DNA of 64,000 nucleotides from Candidatus Methanomethylicaceae archaeon (GTDB lineage Archaea; Thermoproteota; Methanomethylicia; Methanomethylicales; Methanomethylicaceae): NCBI GenBank assembly GCA_015660995.1, contig JACTUC010000002.1, positions 43,480 to 107,479 of the forward strand, read 5' to 3'. Shown piece by piece: positions 56,692 to 64,000 of this stretch (position 1 is its first letter; each line of letters starts with the position of its first letter). The notes under the pieces were generated by a model. It saw only the letters and a program-made list of their open reading frames with translations, ran no database searches and was not told where the DNA came from. The position numbers and the translations under genes were made by a program.

Positions 56692-56764
56692 TAGCCCGGG
56701 AGAGATTCGAACTCTCGTCGGCGGGGCCAGGGCCCGCTATGCTTGGCCGCTACACCACCGGGCT
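56692..56764 (-). tRNA. tRNA-Gln (CUG), with C at position 33
   Basis: Cloverleaf AGCCCGG/CCGGGCT-A, D-arm GTGT/GCAT, anticodon stem GCGGG/CCCGC, loop CC-CTG-GC, T-arm GAGAG-TTCGAAT-CTCTC; A1-U72 pair typical of archaeal tRNA-Gln; CCA not encoded. Confidence 0.9.
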
Positions 56765-56980
56765 GATTATTGAGATTAGCATGATAAATTTAACCTTATC
56801 GGCACTTCAATCTATTGGGAAGACAATATTATTTCGGACTAAAATACAATTTGTCGGATAGTCGTCATACGACTTTTTGCGAGGTAAAAACAAGCCAAGT
56901 CGCCAGAACCAGATTTCGGGTTCTGTGTAGTCTTCGTTTGTTTTGCCCTATTGTGTAAAATCGGTTGGTCAAAATAGAAA

Positions 56981-57448
56981 CTAATCGCCCAAATAAATTA
57001 GTTCAACCCTGCGTTTGCTTAGATATACCTCAAATTTGCTTAATATATCCATGCCTAATACACAAGGAGTGTGTCTCAACATTATCTCTCTATTTTTTGG
57101 CTCTAAATTTTCGGGAGGGCATATTACACTAAAACCACTATTATGATTTATTTTAAGTTCATCATTGTTTGAACTAAATGTAAGAGTTACGAGGTAATTG
57201 AGTGTTTTGTGCTTAAATAATCCACCAAATCCTATAGAAATATCCTTAGCAAAAGGCAAAGTACCACAATCGATACCAGCCAGTGTTGCCTCCATTTCTG
57301 TAATTAATGAAACTTTGGAACCAGTATCCACCAAAAAACGAACAATTTTGCTTACGCCATATGCAGGAACTTCAAATAAAACAGGAATTATAGGCTGCCC
57401 ACAAACATTTATCCCTTTAAATACACGGCTTGAGGGCAACGCAAACAC
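56981..57448 (-). CDS. Retropepsin-like (clan AA) aspartic protease
   Basis: FLVDTGS catalytic motif, GFGG flap, C-terminal LGMDIL. Confidence 0.85.
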   Translation of the reverse strand: MFALPSSRVFKGINVCGQPIIPVLFEVPAYGVSKIVRFLVDTGSKVSLITEMEATLAGIDCGTLPFAKDISIGFGGLFKHKTLNYLVTLTFSSNNDELKINHNSGFSVICPPENLEPKNREIMLRHTPCVLGMDILSKFEVYLSKRRVELIYLGD

Positions 57449-57454
57449 GAGTTC

Positions 57455-57709
57455 CTAAAAAAACATTGCAATTTCTTCTGCTTGCATATATTTCATTAGT
57501 ATACTATTTGGATCATATCTTCTAGCAAAAGATAACGCTTCTTCTGACGTATCCTCGCTTTTAATGACTTTCTGTTTGTGTATGATAATCCATTTATTGT
57601 TGTATTCTTTCACTAGCCGATCATAATTGTCATTAAGAAATTGCAGGTTTTTTATTGAATCTACGAATAGACTTTTTGACAACAATTTTACACCTCTATC
57701 GAGATTCAC
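57455..57709 (-). CDS. DUF5678-like small protein
   Basis: N-x-x-FL-x-x-NY-x-x-L-x-x-x-Y-x-x-KW-x-x-I-x-x-x-x-VI pattern; 6 bp upstream of the protease. Confidence 0.65.
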   Translation of the reverse strand: MNLDRGVKLLSKSLFVDSIKNLQFLNDNYDRLVKEYNNKWIIIHKQKVIKSEDTSEEALSFARRYDPNSILMKYMQAEEIAMFF

Positions 57710-57854
57710 TATATCTCTTATCTTGTATTATAAGAGGGAAAGGCTGTATATATCAATAATCTTTTAAGCTTTTTGATGCGGATAAATCAGCGACTAAGCA
57801 AAGTCATTAATCTGGTTCATTCAACTTGTCGTCGGATATGCTTCATTGTAAATT

Positions 57855-58259
57855 TTCGTCGGATTATGTTGGTTATTTCTTGAAATAGGCTTATTATTTG
57901 TAAAGACACAAGTAAATTGGAGGTTGATTTCTTGTCTCAAGGTGAAGAATCATCCTTGCCTTCCACGTCCAAGCCAACAGCCTCAATAAAGGAGGAACTG
58001 AATACTCATTCAACTGGATTTTTTACAATCGCTTTTTTACTTTCTTTTTTATGGTTTAAATTCAATTCGACTCCTATTTTTCCCCTTGGACTTGTTGGAG
58101 GAGTAATCATTATCGTTTGGATATCGGATATCGATTTAGAGCTTGGAAAGCATACGGACAATAGAGGACCCTTCGTGTTATGTATTCTAGCCACTATCTT
58201 GGGCTTTTTCATTAACTCGATGTAACTGGTCATTTCGTAATTAGGTTCGTCGGATTATG
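57855..58259 (+). repeat. 14-bp direct repeat TTCGTCGGATTATG at 57855-57868 and 58246-58259
   Basis: Exact copies; degenerate copies at 57829-57840 and 56851-56860. Confidence 0.8.
57917..58225 (+). CDS. Small multi-TM membrane protein
   Basis: Three hydrophobic segments; TTG start uncertain; bracketed by 14-bp direct repeats. Confidence 0.5.
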   Translation: MEVDFLSQGEESSLPSTSKPTASIKEELNTHSTGFFTIAFLLSFLWFKFNSTPIFPLGLVGGVIIIVWISDIDLELGKHTDNRGPFVLCILATILGFFINSM

Positions 58260-58286
58260 CCAGGGTTGACCATGCCAGAGTTCCGA

Positions 58287-58685
58287 CTATTCTTCAGTGT
58301 TCATTGCTTGTTGTTTGATGACTGAGGCTTTGTTCGGATTAGCATAGTACAAGAATGATTTTTTGCTACCAGTTCTTTCAATGATCCCCATTCTAATGAA
58401 TTCTCTTAAAAGAACAGGGTAGATGGAACTTGTGCGAAAGGTAAACCCTTTCTTTGCCAACTCTTTCCGTATTTCAGTTAAAGTCCTTTTATCATCAAAC
58501 CAACCATTAATAATCAATTCATTAAGTAGCATCTTAACGGTTTTTAGACCTTTCCGCTTCTTACTTTGCCCAATACCTAACCCAACTAGAATATTTTGAA
58601 CAGCTTCTTGCGAGCCATCTATTTCAACCATGCCAAATTTAGTGGGTATTCTGGCCGTAATGTTTTGACTCTCGTTTTCAACCAT
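58287..58685 (-). CDS. Winged-HTH protein with N-terminal beta domain
   Basis: GMVEIDGS N-terminus; GWFDDKRTLTEIRKEL...IYPVL...IER...YY C-terminus; ATG overlaps the protease stop. Confidence 0.7.
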   Translation of the reverse strand: MVENESQNITARIPTKFGMVEIDGSQEAVQNILVGLGIGQSKKRKGLKTVKMLLNELIINGWFDDKRTLTEIRKELAKKGFTFRTSSIYPVLLREFIRMGIIERTGSKKSFLYYANPNKASVIKQQAMNTEE

Positions 58686-59154
58686 TAATATCACCTTTAC
58701 ACTTAGTACATACTTGCATCTGCGAACACGGATTGGGACATCCTAAACAATATTTGAAAGTGCTTTGGCACAAGCGAAAAGACATTATGCAACCTTTTGT
58801 TTCGCAATGTTGAACTCCATTGAGGTGCAAAATTTCGTGAAGGCAAATATCGCTCCATCTTGTCAGGTTATCCTGGGAAAGAGACACTATCCCGATATTC
58901 CCACTTATGGCATCAACAATACCTTTGTAAGTTGCCAAATTTCCAAATGATTGATTGGGTTTAATTGTTTTTGAAGTGATCAACAATATTTTAGAGGCAA
59001 CTTCTTTGATGAGAGGAGCGAGATCTTTGGTGCCGATTGTCTTTTTATGTACATGGCATTTTCGAGAATTTATGACAATACCAAAATCTAAGGCTCGTAT
59101 CCGAAGTTCATTATAATTTAATGTTGGCAATCCCTCATCGTATAATACGAGCAT
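58678..59154 (-). CDS. Archaemetzincin-like (M54) zinc metalloprotease
   Basis: HEILHLNGVQHCETKGCIMS fits HExxHxxGxxHCx4CxM; extra Cys cluster ending CTKC. Confidence 0.8.
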   Translation of the reverse strand: MLVLYDEGLPTLNYNELRIRALDFGIVINSRKCHVHKKTIGTKDLAPLIKEVASKILLITSKTIKPNQSFGNLATYKGIVDAISGNIGIVSLSQDNLTRWSDICLHEILHLNGVQHCETKGCIMSFRLCQSTFKYCLGCPNPCSQMQVCTKCKGDING

Positions 59155-59327
59155 AAGATTGCTTTAGTTAAAGCAACCTTAAATTAGTTAATATTGAACC
59201 TTTTGCACCAAAAAAAGTCTATAGTCATAGTGAAATCTCATAGACTGTGTCTATGTGGGTAAGATTTATATGTGACCAAGTATATGATTACATATGTGTC
59301 ATACTGATTATCACAGGAGGTGACAAA

Positions 59328-59753
59328 ATGCCCATAAAGGTATCGATTCCTTTGCAAGGTGATGGACGAATAGAGGTAGAAGGCGAATTAGATTACATTA
59401 AAACGACCATCCCACATCTCAAAGCAATCATCGAAGAGTTAGGCGCAAATGTTGGCTTTAGTACATCAATTGTAAGTATCGGCGAATCAATTGATAATAC
59501 CAATGATAGCATACCACCAATTCCTGCATCCATGAAATCAAGCCCTACAGAAGTGATAACTTACTTATTCACCCAAACTGCTTGGGGAATGAAACCACGT
59601 ACACTGAATGACATAAAAGTGGCCCTAAGTTCTGAAGGCATTAACCGAGATTCCAAGACAATTTCATCATTACTGATTCAATTAGTGCAAGCAAGCAGAC
59701 TGCACAGAGTCAAAGACAAAACACTCAATGTGTACGTCTATAGTCGCTATTGA
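59328..59753 (+). CDS. Winged-HTH protein, paralogous layout to 58287..58685
   Basis: GRIEVEGE N-terminus; WGMKPRTLNDIK-x-x-L...G...I...L-x-x-LV...LHR...YVY; GGAGGTGA RBS before ATG 59328. Confidence 0.7.
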   Translation: MPIKVSIPLQGDGRIEVEGELDYIKTTIPHLKAIIEELGANVGFSTSIVSIGESIDNTNDSIPPIPASMKSSPTEVITYLFTQTAWGMKPRTLNDIKVALSSEGINRDSKTISSLLIQLVQASRLHRVKDKTLNVYVYSRY

Positions 59754-59778
59754 CCTTCTAGCTCGATTATTATCTTTT

Positions 59779-60891
59779 TTATTTTTTTCCTGCATTCTGG
59801 ATTAAGGTTTTCCATTTATTGTCACCCTTAACCTCAATTCCGCAAGCCTCAGCAGGGGTTTTTCCATCCAATGCTTCATGCGGTCGTATGAAGTTGTGGT
59901 AAATTTGGTATCCTGCCAGAATAGGCGTATCGTTCCTCTTTAGCCCTCTTACCACCTTCTCTCTGTCTCGAACTTCACCATTGAACCTTTCCATCTTATT
60001 GTTGTTCATGTCGCCTGCGAGCTTTATAGTGTTAATGTGTTCTGGGATAGGGTATTCCTTCTTCGTGTAGAACTCCTTATTGAAGGCATCGTGATAAGCT
60101 GGCAATCCATCGGTTATGATGGCAGTCGGCACTTTTCCAGTGTACTCCTTAGCCATCCTGAAGAGGTTCCTCGCATCGTGTTTGTACTTTGACTCTGCGA
60201 CTTCTTGGGCGATCCAGTATCGGGTCTCATCGTCTATCAAGGCGAAGAGGTACTTCATATCGCCCTTAACCTTAACCCACAATTCGTCAGCACGCCAGAC
60301 ATCAGAGGTTGATGGTTTCAATTTGTCGGCATATTTCTTTAACAGCTCAGAGTATTTCTTTATCCAGTTAAAGACAGTCTTGTAGCATACCTTGACCCCA
60401 AGGAGTTCAAGCGATCTGGTCGTATTCCTGAAGGATTCCCCGCTGAAGTAGAGCTGCATGGCCATAGTGATGGCTTTTGGATCATGTTTCATCCTCTCGA
60501 AACCAATGTTGAAGGTGAAGTGGCGGTTACAGTCCTTGCAGAGATACTTCTGGATGTCCCCGAACTTGTTCTTCCTTACGCCCCACTTCATTATGTTTGA
60601 AGAGCCACAGAAGATACACTCGTTCAGGTTGTCCAATGGCTCTATCCTTTGGATAGCGACCTCAGTTCTTAGGGCAAGAGAGATTTCAACCGCATAGATG
60701 TGCTTGCATTTGACGTGGCGGTAAACGTGATCGGGGCATGAGCATACCCATTGGTCATTTTTCTTGTTTATCGAATATTCGCCGTTGCCAGACTGCGACT
60801 TTACCTTGTAAGAATCTGATTCAATCCTTTTGACCGAACCAAAAGCGTTGGCTATTTTCCAACCCTTCTGTTCTCGCTCGTTCATTGCCAT
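59779..60891 (-). CDS. IS6-family DDE transposase with N-terminal SWIM and zinc-ribbon domains
   Basis: SWIM CSCPD...CKH; ribbon CIFC...CKDC; DDE triad ADELW, TDGL, MERFNG; reading frame intact. Confidence 0.9.
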   Translation of the reverse strand: MAMNEREQKGWKIANAFGSVKRIESDSYKVKSQSGNGEYSINKKNDQWVCSCPDHVYRHVKCKHIYAVEISLALRTEVAIQRIEPLDNLNECIFCGSSNIMKWGVRKNKFGDIQKYLCKDCNRHFTFNIGFERMKHDPKAITMAMQLYFSGESFRNTTRSLELLGVKVCYKTVFNWIKKYSELLKKYADKLKPSTSDVWRADELWVKVKGDMKYLFALIDDETRYWIAQEVAESKYKHDARNLFRMAKEYTGKVPTAIITDGLPAYHDAFNKEFYTKKEYPIPEHINTIKLAGDMNNNKMERFNGEVRDREKVVRGLKRNDTPILAGYQIYHNFIRPHEALDGKTPAEACGIEVKGDNKWKTLIQNAGKK

Positions 60892-60892
60892 A

Positions 60893-60985
60893 CTTATCTA
60901 CCTACTAATACATATATACAAATGCCTATATAAATCTATCTGGCAATCAAGAGATATATTTATATGATACTCATAGGTAGATAAG
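60893..60985. promoter_or_regulatory. 12-bp perfect inverted repeats framing the divergent transposase/AbrB promoter
   Basis: CTTATCTACCTA (60893-60904) and TAGGTAGATAAG (60974-60985), with TATA-like boxes between. Confidence 0.7.
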
Positions 60986-61003
60986 AGGTAGAGGTATCAA
61001 AAA

Positions 61004-61180
61004 ATGAGCTTAGCGAGTAAAGTGAGCATAGCAAGACCTGGCACGCTCTCTCTTAGAGCGACTGTTCCCGAAGGGATCGTGGCCTTTCTTGACATACATG
61101 AAGGCGATAAACTTGAGTGGAAAATGGAAATCATTGATGGTGAGCGGGTAGCTCTTGTAAGAAGGAAAAAACAGGTGTAA
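61004..61180 (+). CDS. AbrB/MazE/SpoVT-family protein, 58 aa (not in ORF track)
   Basis: MSLASKVSIARPGTLSLRATVPEGIVAFLDIHEGDKLEWKMEIIDGERVALVRRKKQV. Confidence 0.85.
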   Translation: MSLASKVSIARPGTLSLRATVPEGIVAFLDIHEGDKLEWKMEIIDGERVALVRRKKQV

Positions 61181-61182
61181 TT

Positions 61183-61620
61183 ATGGAGCTAACCGATCAG
61201 AATAAAAAAATCATAGCCGAAGCAGAAGAATTCGTGAGAAGACTTGATGATGGTCTTCAGATTGTCAGTCCTAGAGCCCGCAATCTAGAAAGATGGTACA
61301 AAGAACCAAATAAACTATCGGAAAAGATTGCAGATATTTTATATGAAAATAAAAAACGATTCCGATATAGCACTGGCGAAACGGAACGGTATAACATTGC
61401 TAAAAATCTTCTTGAAGTCAGAGATGTATTACAAACTCATGGATATCTCGAAAATGGCGACGCATCAATAGAAGAGAATAGATTGCTAAGAGAAGAGAAC
61501 TCTAAACTTAAGGAAGAAGTCAAATCATTGAAAGAAGAAATAAAACAATTAGATGAAGAATTAGCACATCAAAAAATTGGCTCATACTTTGTGGAAGGGG
61601 ATGTCGGGAAACATGAATAA
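61183..61620 (+). CDS. Hypothetical protein with C-terminal coiled coil
   Basis: Heptad-rich ENRLLREENSKLKEEVKSLKEEIKQL; 2 bp after the AbrB stop. Confidence 0.65.
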   Translation: MELTDQNKKIIAEAEEFVRRLDDGLQIVSPRARNLERWYKEPNKLSEKIADILYENKKRFRYSTGETERYNIAKNLLEVRDVLQTHGYLENGDASIEENRLLREENSKLKEEVKSLKEEIKQLDEELAHQKIGSYFVEGDVGKHE

Positions 61621-61927
61621 CCTTGTTCAATGCTCCCGATGTCGTAGTGTTTTGATAGCCGAGGAATTTGAGTCACACAAATGTAAAGTCCCCATAAAGA
61701 AGCACATTGAAATTATTGCGGGCTTAATTCTTGACCTCACCACATATGAGGAAAAGACTCTGCTTGTGGATGGTCTTAATGGAGTTAGTTATATGATTAA
61801 ACTAAAGACAAAGGGGGAAGCTCTTCCGTGGCCACCAAACGAAAATACACGGGATAATAACCAAACGGGAACTACACAGAACCAGATTTCGCAAGCTTTA
61901 ATTATCTCCCTTGTCGCTTCTTTATAA
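61613..61927 (+). CDS. C2HC zinc-finger hypothetical protein; reads through the right TIR
   Basis: CSRC...H-x-C; start moved to ATG 61613 overlapping the upstream stop; stop lies outside the element. Confidence 0.6.
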   Translation: MNNLVQCSRCRSVLIAEEFESHKCKVPIKKHIEIIAGLILDLTTYEEKTLLVDGLNGVSYMIKLKTKGEALPWPPNENTRDNNQTGTTQNQISQALIISLVASL

Positions 61928-61996
61928 GTAGATCGAAATGTATATATATTACGGAAGTTTAAGCTTCAAACCCCCTTGCAATAACTGAATCAATAG

Positions 61997-63013
61997 GTGG
62001 TTATTTTGTCAAAATTAGATTTGAAAAAGGAACTTGTCCGAGATTCAAAGGAGAAGGAGAAAGAAAGGGAGAAGGACAAGGGCGAAGCAGGGGCCGAGTC
62101 CACAGAAGGGATGAAGTGTCCTAACTGCGGAAGCACAAACTTCGTCAGGAGCTTTGAACGGGGAGAAGTTACGTGCTCCAATTGCGGTCTTGTTATCACC
62201 GATAAGATCATCGACAGGGGGCCTGAATGGAGGGCTTTCACATCCGAGGAACGCGATAAACGAAGCAGGGTCGGATCTCCTTTGTCGCCGACCGTCCACG
62301 ACAGAGGCCTCTCAACGGTAATTGATTGGCGCGACAAGGATGCCATGGGCAGGAAGCTTGAGCCCAGGAAGAGGATCGAGATACTACGGTGGAGGAAGTG
62401 GCAGATTCGTACCCGCGTGCACAGCTCCCTCGACAGGAACCTGGCCCAGGCGATGAGCGAGCTGGACAGGATAAGCTCCCAGATTGGTCTCCCCAAGAGC
62501 GTGAAGGAGGAGTCTGCCGTTATCTATAGAAAAGCAGTTGAGAAGGGGCTTGTGAGGGGAAGATCAATAGAGTCTGTCATGGCCGCCGCAATCTATGCCG
62601 CATGTAGAACACAGAAGGTGCCTCGGACCTTGGATGAGATTGCCCGGTATACCAAAGCTGGACGGAAGGACGTCGCCAGGTGCTACAGGCTCCTCCTGCG
62701 CGAGGTGGATGTAAACATACCGATTGCTGACCCGGTTGACTTCATAACAAGGATCGGTGGCGCTCTGGAGCTCAGCGGCACTACTCAGCACAAGGCAGCA
62801 GAGATCATACGTGATGCAAAGAAGATGGGCATTACTGCCGGGAAGGACCCCGCGGGCCTCGCCGCCGCTGCGATATACGTCGCATCCCTACTGGAAAATG
62901 AGCGCAGGACCCAGAAGGAGATCGCCCAAGCAGCCCAGGTGACCGAAGTTACGGTTCGCAACCGGTACAAAGAGCTCATGAAAGAGCTTGGCATAGAAGT
63001 CCCGCCTCAGTGA
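61997..63013 (+). CDS. tfb: Transcription initiation factor IIB
   Basis: CPNCGS...CSNCG ribbon, GPEWRAF, two cyclin repeats, TIR-like [10 protein letters not shown]; true start may be as late as 62111. Confidence 0.97.
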   Translation: MVILSKLDLKKELVRDSKEKEKEREKDKGEAGAESTEGMKCPNCGSTNFVRSFERGEVTCSNCGLVITDKIIDRGPEWRAFTSEERDKRSRVGSPLSPTVHDRGLSTVIDWRDKDAMGRKLEPRKRIEILRWRKWQIRTRVHSSLDRNLAQAMSELDRISSQIGLPKSVKEESAVIYRKAVEKGLVRGRSIESVMAAAIYAACRTQKVPRTLDEIARYTKAGRKDVARCYRLLLREVDVNIPIADPVDFITRIGGALELSGTTQHKAAEIIRDAKKMGITAGKDPAGLAAAAIYVASLLENERRTQKEIAQAAQVTEVTVRNRYKELMKELGIEVPPQ

Positions 63014-63048
63014 GTTCCAGCTTTGTGGCTACGACGTAGGCGAGGCTA

Positions 63049-63303
63049 TTACTTTTCTTTATCTTCTTCCGCTTCAATTATCCGTTTCTCTTCTTCTGTC
63101 TTTCCCTTGCCATCATCCTTGACCAATTCAAGGAAGAGGCTGTTCTGGAATCCGCAATCATTGCAGACGTAGATGTTTTGCGTGATGTACCCCGTCGTTG
63201 TGATCACGGATACATTTAGGGAGCCACATCTGGGGCAAGCATCAAGCCCAACCTTTCCCCTCTTCAGTGATGCTACGGTATCCCTAAGATCCTTCTTTTT
63301 CAA
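63049..63303 (-). CDS. Small zinc-ribbon protein
   Basis: CPRCGS...YVCNDCG, acidic/basic tail. Confidence 0.7.
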   Translation of the reverse strand: MKKKDLRDTVASLKRGKVGLDACPRCGSLNVSVITTTGYITQNIYVCNDCGFQNSLFLELVKDDGKGKTEEEKRIIEAEEDKEK

Positions 63304-63312
63304 GGTCTTGCA

Positions 63313-63621
63313 CTACTCTACGTCGATGTTATCCTGAGGGAACCCTGCCTCAACAAGGATCTCGGCAGTCCTCTCACGATGATCGCCTTGGAGCTCGATC
63401 CTTCCAGCCTTCTCAGTGCCACCGCATGCAAGCTTGCTCTTCAGTTTGCCAGCGAGCTCCCTTAGGTTGATGTTCTTATCATCAATACCCTCAACGATCG
63501 TTACATCCCTGCCCCACTTTCTCTTTTCTATGAAAACCCTTATCCTCTGTTGCTCTTTGACTATGGCTTCACAAACACAGAGGTCCCTAGGCAGCCCGCA
63601 CTTAGAACAAATATCGCTCAA
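63313..63621 (-). CDS. sui1: SUI1/eIF1-family translation factor
   Basis: C-x-x-CGLP-x-DLC-x-C, L-x-x-KLACGGT, IELQGDH. Confidence 0.93.
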   Translation of the reverse strand: MSDICSKCGLPRDLCVCEAIVKEQQRIRVFIEKRKWGRDVTIVEGIDDKNINLRELAGKLKSKLACGGTEKAGRIELQGDHRERTAEILVEAGFPQDNIDVE

Positions 63622-63758
63622 GTTTTGTAGTCACCTAATTTCCTTGGCACCATAACTATGATTGCATGGAGTATTTATTTTTTTGGAATAGCTCGATTGA
63701 CATAAATCCCACTCCCGATTAAATAATAATATCACGATATAGGTGGAAGGCGACAAGA

Positions 63759-63980
63759 GTGAACTATGACATTTTCCTCTGCAAAAAGTGCGCAGCGGTC
63801 TGCGCGGGGAGGGAGGGTGCCTCGACTTTCAAATGTTGCCACTGTGGCGCAGCCAACCGCATCGACAGAAGCCTGAAGCTCGCATCATGCGTTGAGTCCA
63901 AGAACGTCTCAGGCGTGATCGCGAGGATCAAAATGGCAAGGGCAGACAAGGATCAGCATCTTGGAAATGGAAGAGCTTGA
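63759..63980 (+). CDS. Small zinc-ribbon protein (DUF1922-like)
   Basis: CKKC...CCHCG. Confidence 0.6.
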   Translation: MNYDIFLCKKCAAVCAGREGASTFKCCHCGAANRIDRSLKLASCVESKNVSGVIARIKMARADKDQHLGNGRA

Positions 63981-64000
63981 CAAGAGCACTGGTAGCACAG

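Larger units (their letters stand above)
56919..61883. mobile_element. 4965-bp IS6-family cargo-carrying transposon
   Basis: Left TIR GGTTCTGTGTAGTCTTCGTTTG (56919-56940) vs reverse complement of right TIR GGTTCTGTGTAGTTCCCGTTTG (61862-61883), 19/22; 8-bp direct repeat AGATTTCG at 56911-56918 and 61884-61891; IS6-type transposase inside; visibly AT-richer than the host. Confidence 0.88.

Noticed and set aside
56692-61891. Island as a tRNA-integrated provirus or integrative element
   Set aside because: It lies on the 5' side of the tRNA, no tRNA fragment is duplicated, and there is no integrase or virion gene; TIRs plus target duplication explain the borders
61997-62110. Charged N-terminal extension of TFB ([11 protein letters not shown])
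   Set aside because: Low-complexity N-terminal tails are common in archaeal TFBs and the true start is uncertain
175-63949. Many long antisense or alternate-frame ORFs (e.g. 8514..9119, 10787..11338, 11846..12400, 30818..31321, 49948..50331)
   Set aside because: They shadow well-supported genes, have no motifs, and are expected from codon bias in GC-rich coding DNA
1-64000. Pyrrolysine or selenocysteine read-through
   Set aside because: No gene with an in-frame TAG or TGA continuing into conserved sequence was seen; no methylamine methyltransferase, pyl or sel genes in the window

Overview
Archaeal DNA from a methanogen. The compact mcrBGA operon, the conserved MCR active-site residues and the gene set point to a Thermoproteota methanogen such as Methanomethylicia (Verstraetearchaeota); this taxonomy is an inference. 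About 0-42.8 kb and 50-56.7 kb are core genes. These include a Fe/B12-type ABC importer, a large surface protein, acdB, iorAB, gatCAB, cdc48, a leuA/cimA-type synthase, tbp, porGDAB, thiDN with its regulator, nadE, tRNA-Gln, tfb and sui1. A roughly 16 kb methanogenesis supercluster (26.2-42.8 kb) holds DUF2124, a sulfonate-type ABC importer (candidate coenzyme M uptake), mcrBGA, DUF483, a P-type-like HAD, DUF2098, mmp2, atwA, tfuA, ycaO and mmp15. Two accessory regions stand out. (1) 56919-61883 is a 4965-bp IS6-family transposon with 22-bp terminal inverted repeats and an 8-bp target duplication. It has an internal SWIM-fused DDE transposase and cargo including two protease/partner modules: DUF5678 plus a retropepsin-like protease, and an archaemetzincin-like protease with two wHTH paralogs. 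This is the best candidate for an undescribed system. (2) 42.9-50.0 kb is a series of unrelated cassettes separated by a family of dispersed repeats. It includes an orphan ATP-synthase c-subunit mini-operon behind a divergent ribbon-helix-helix pair, an AOR operon and a short possible Cas1-solo remnant. Family names come from motif recognition and memory, not database searches; counts were made by hand.
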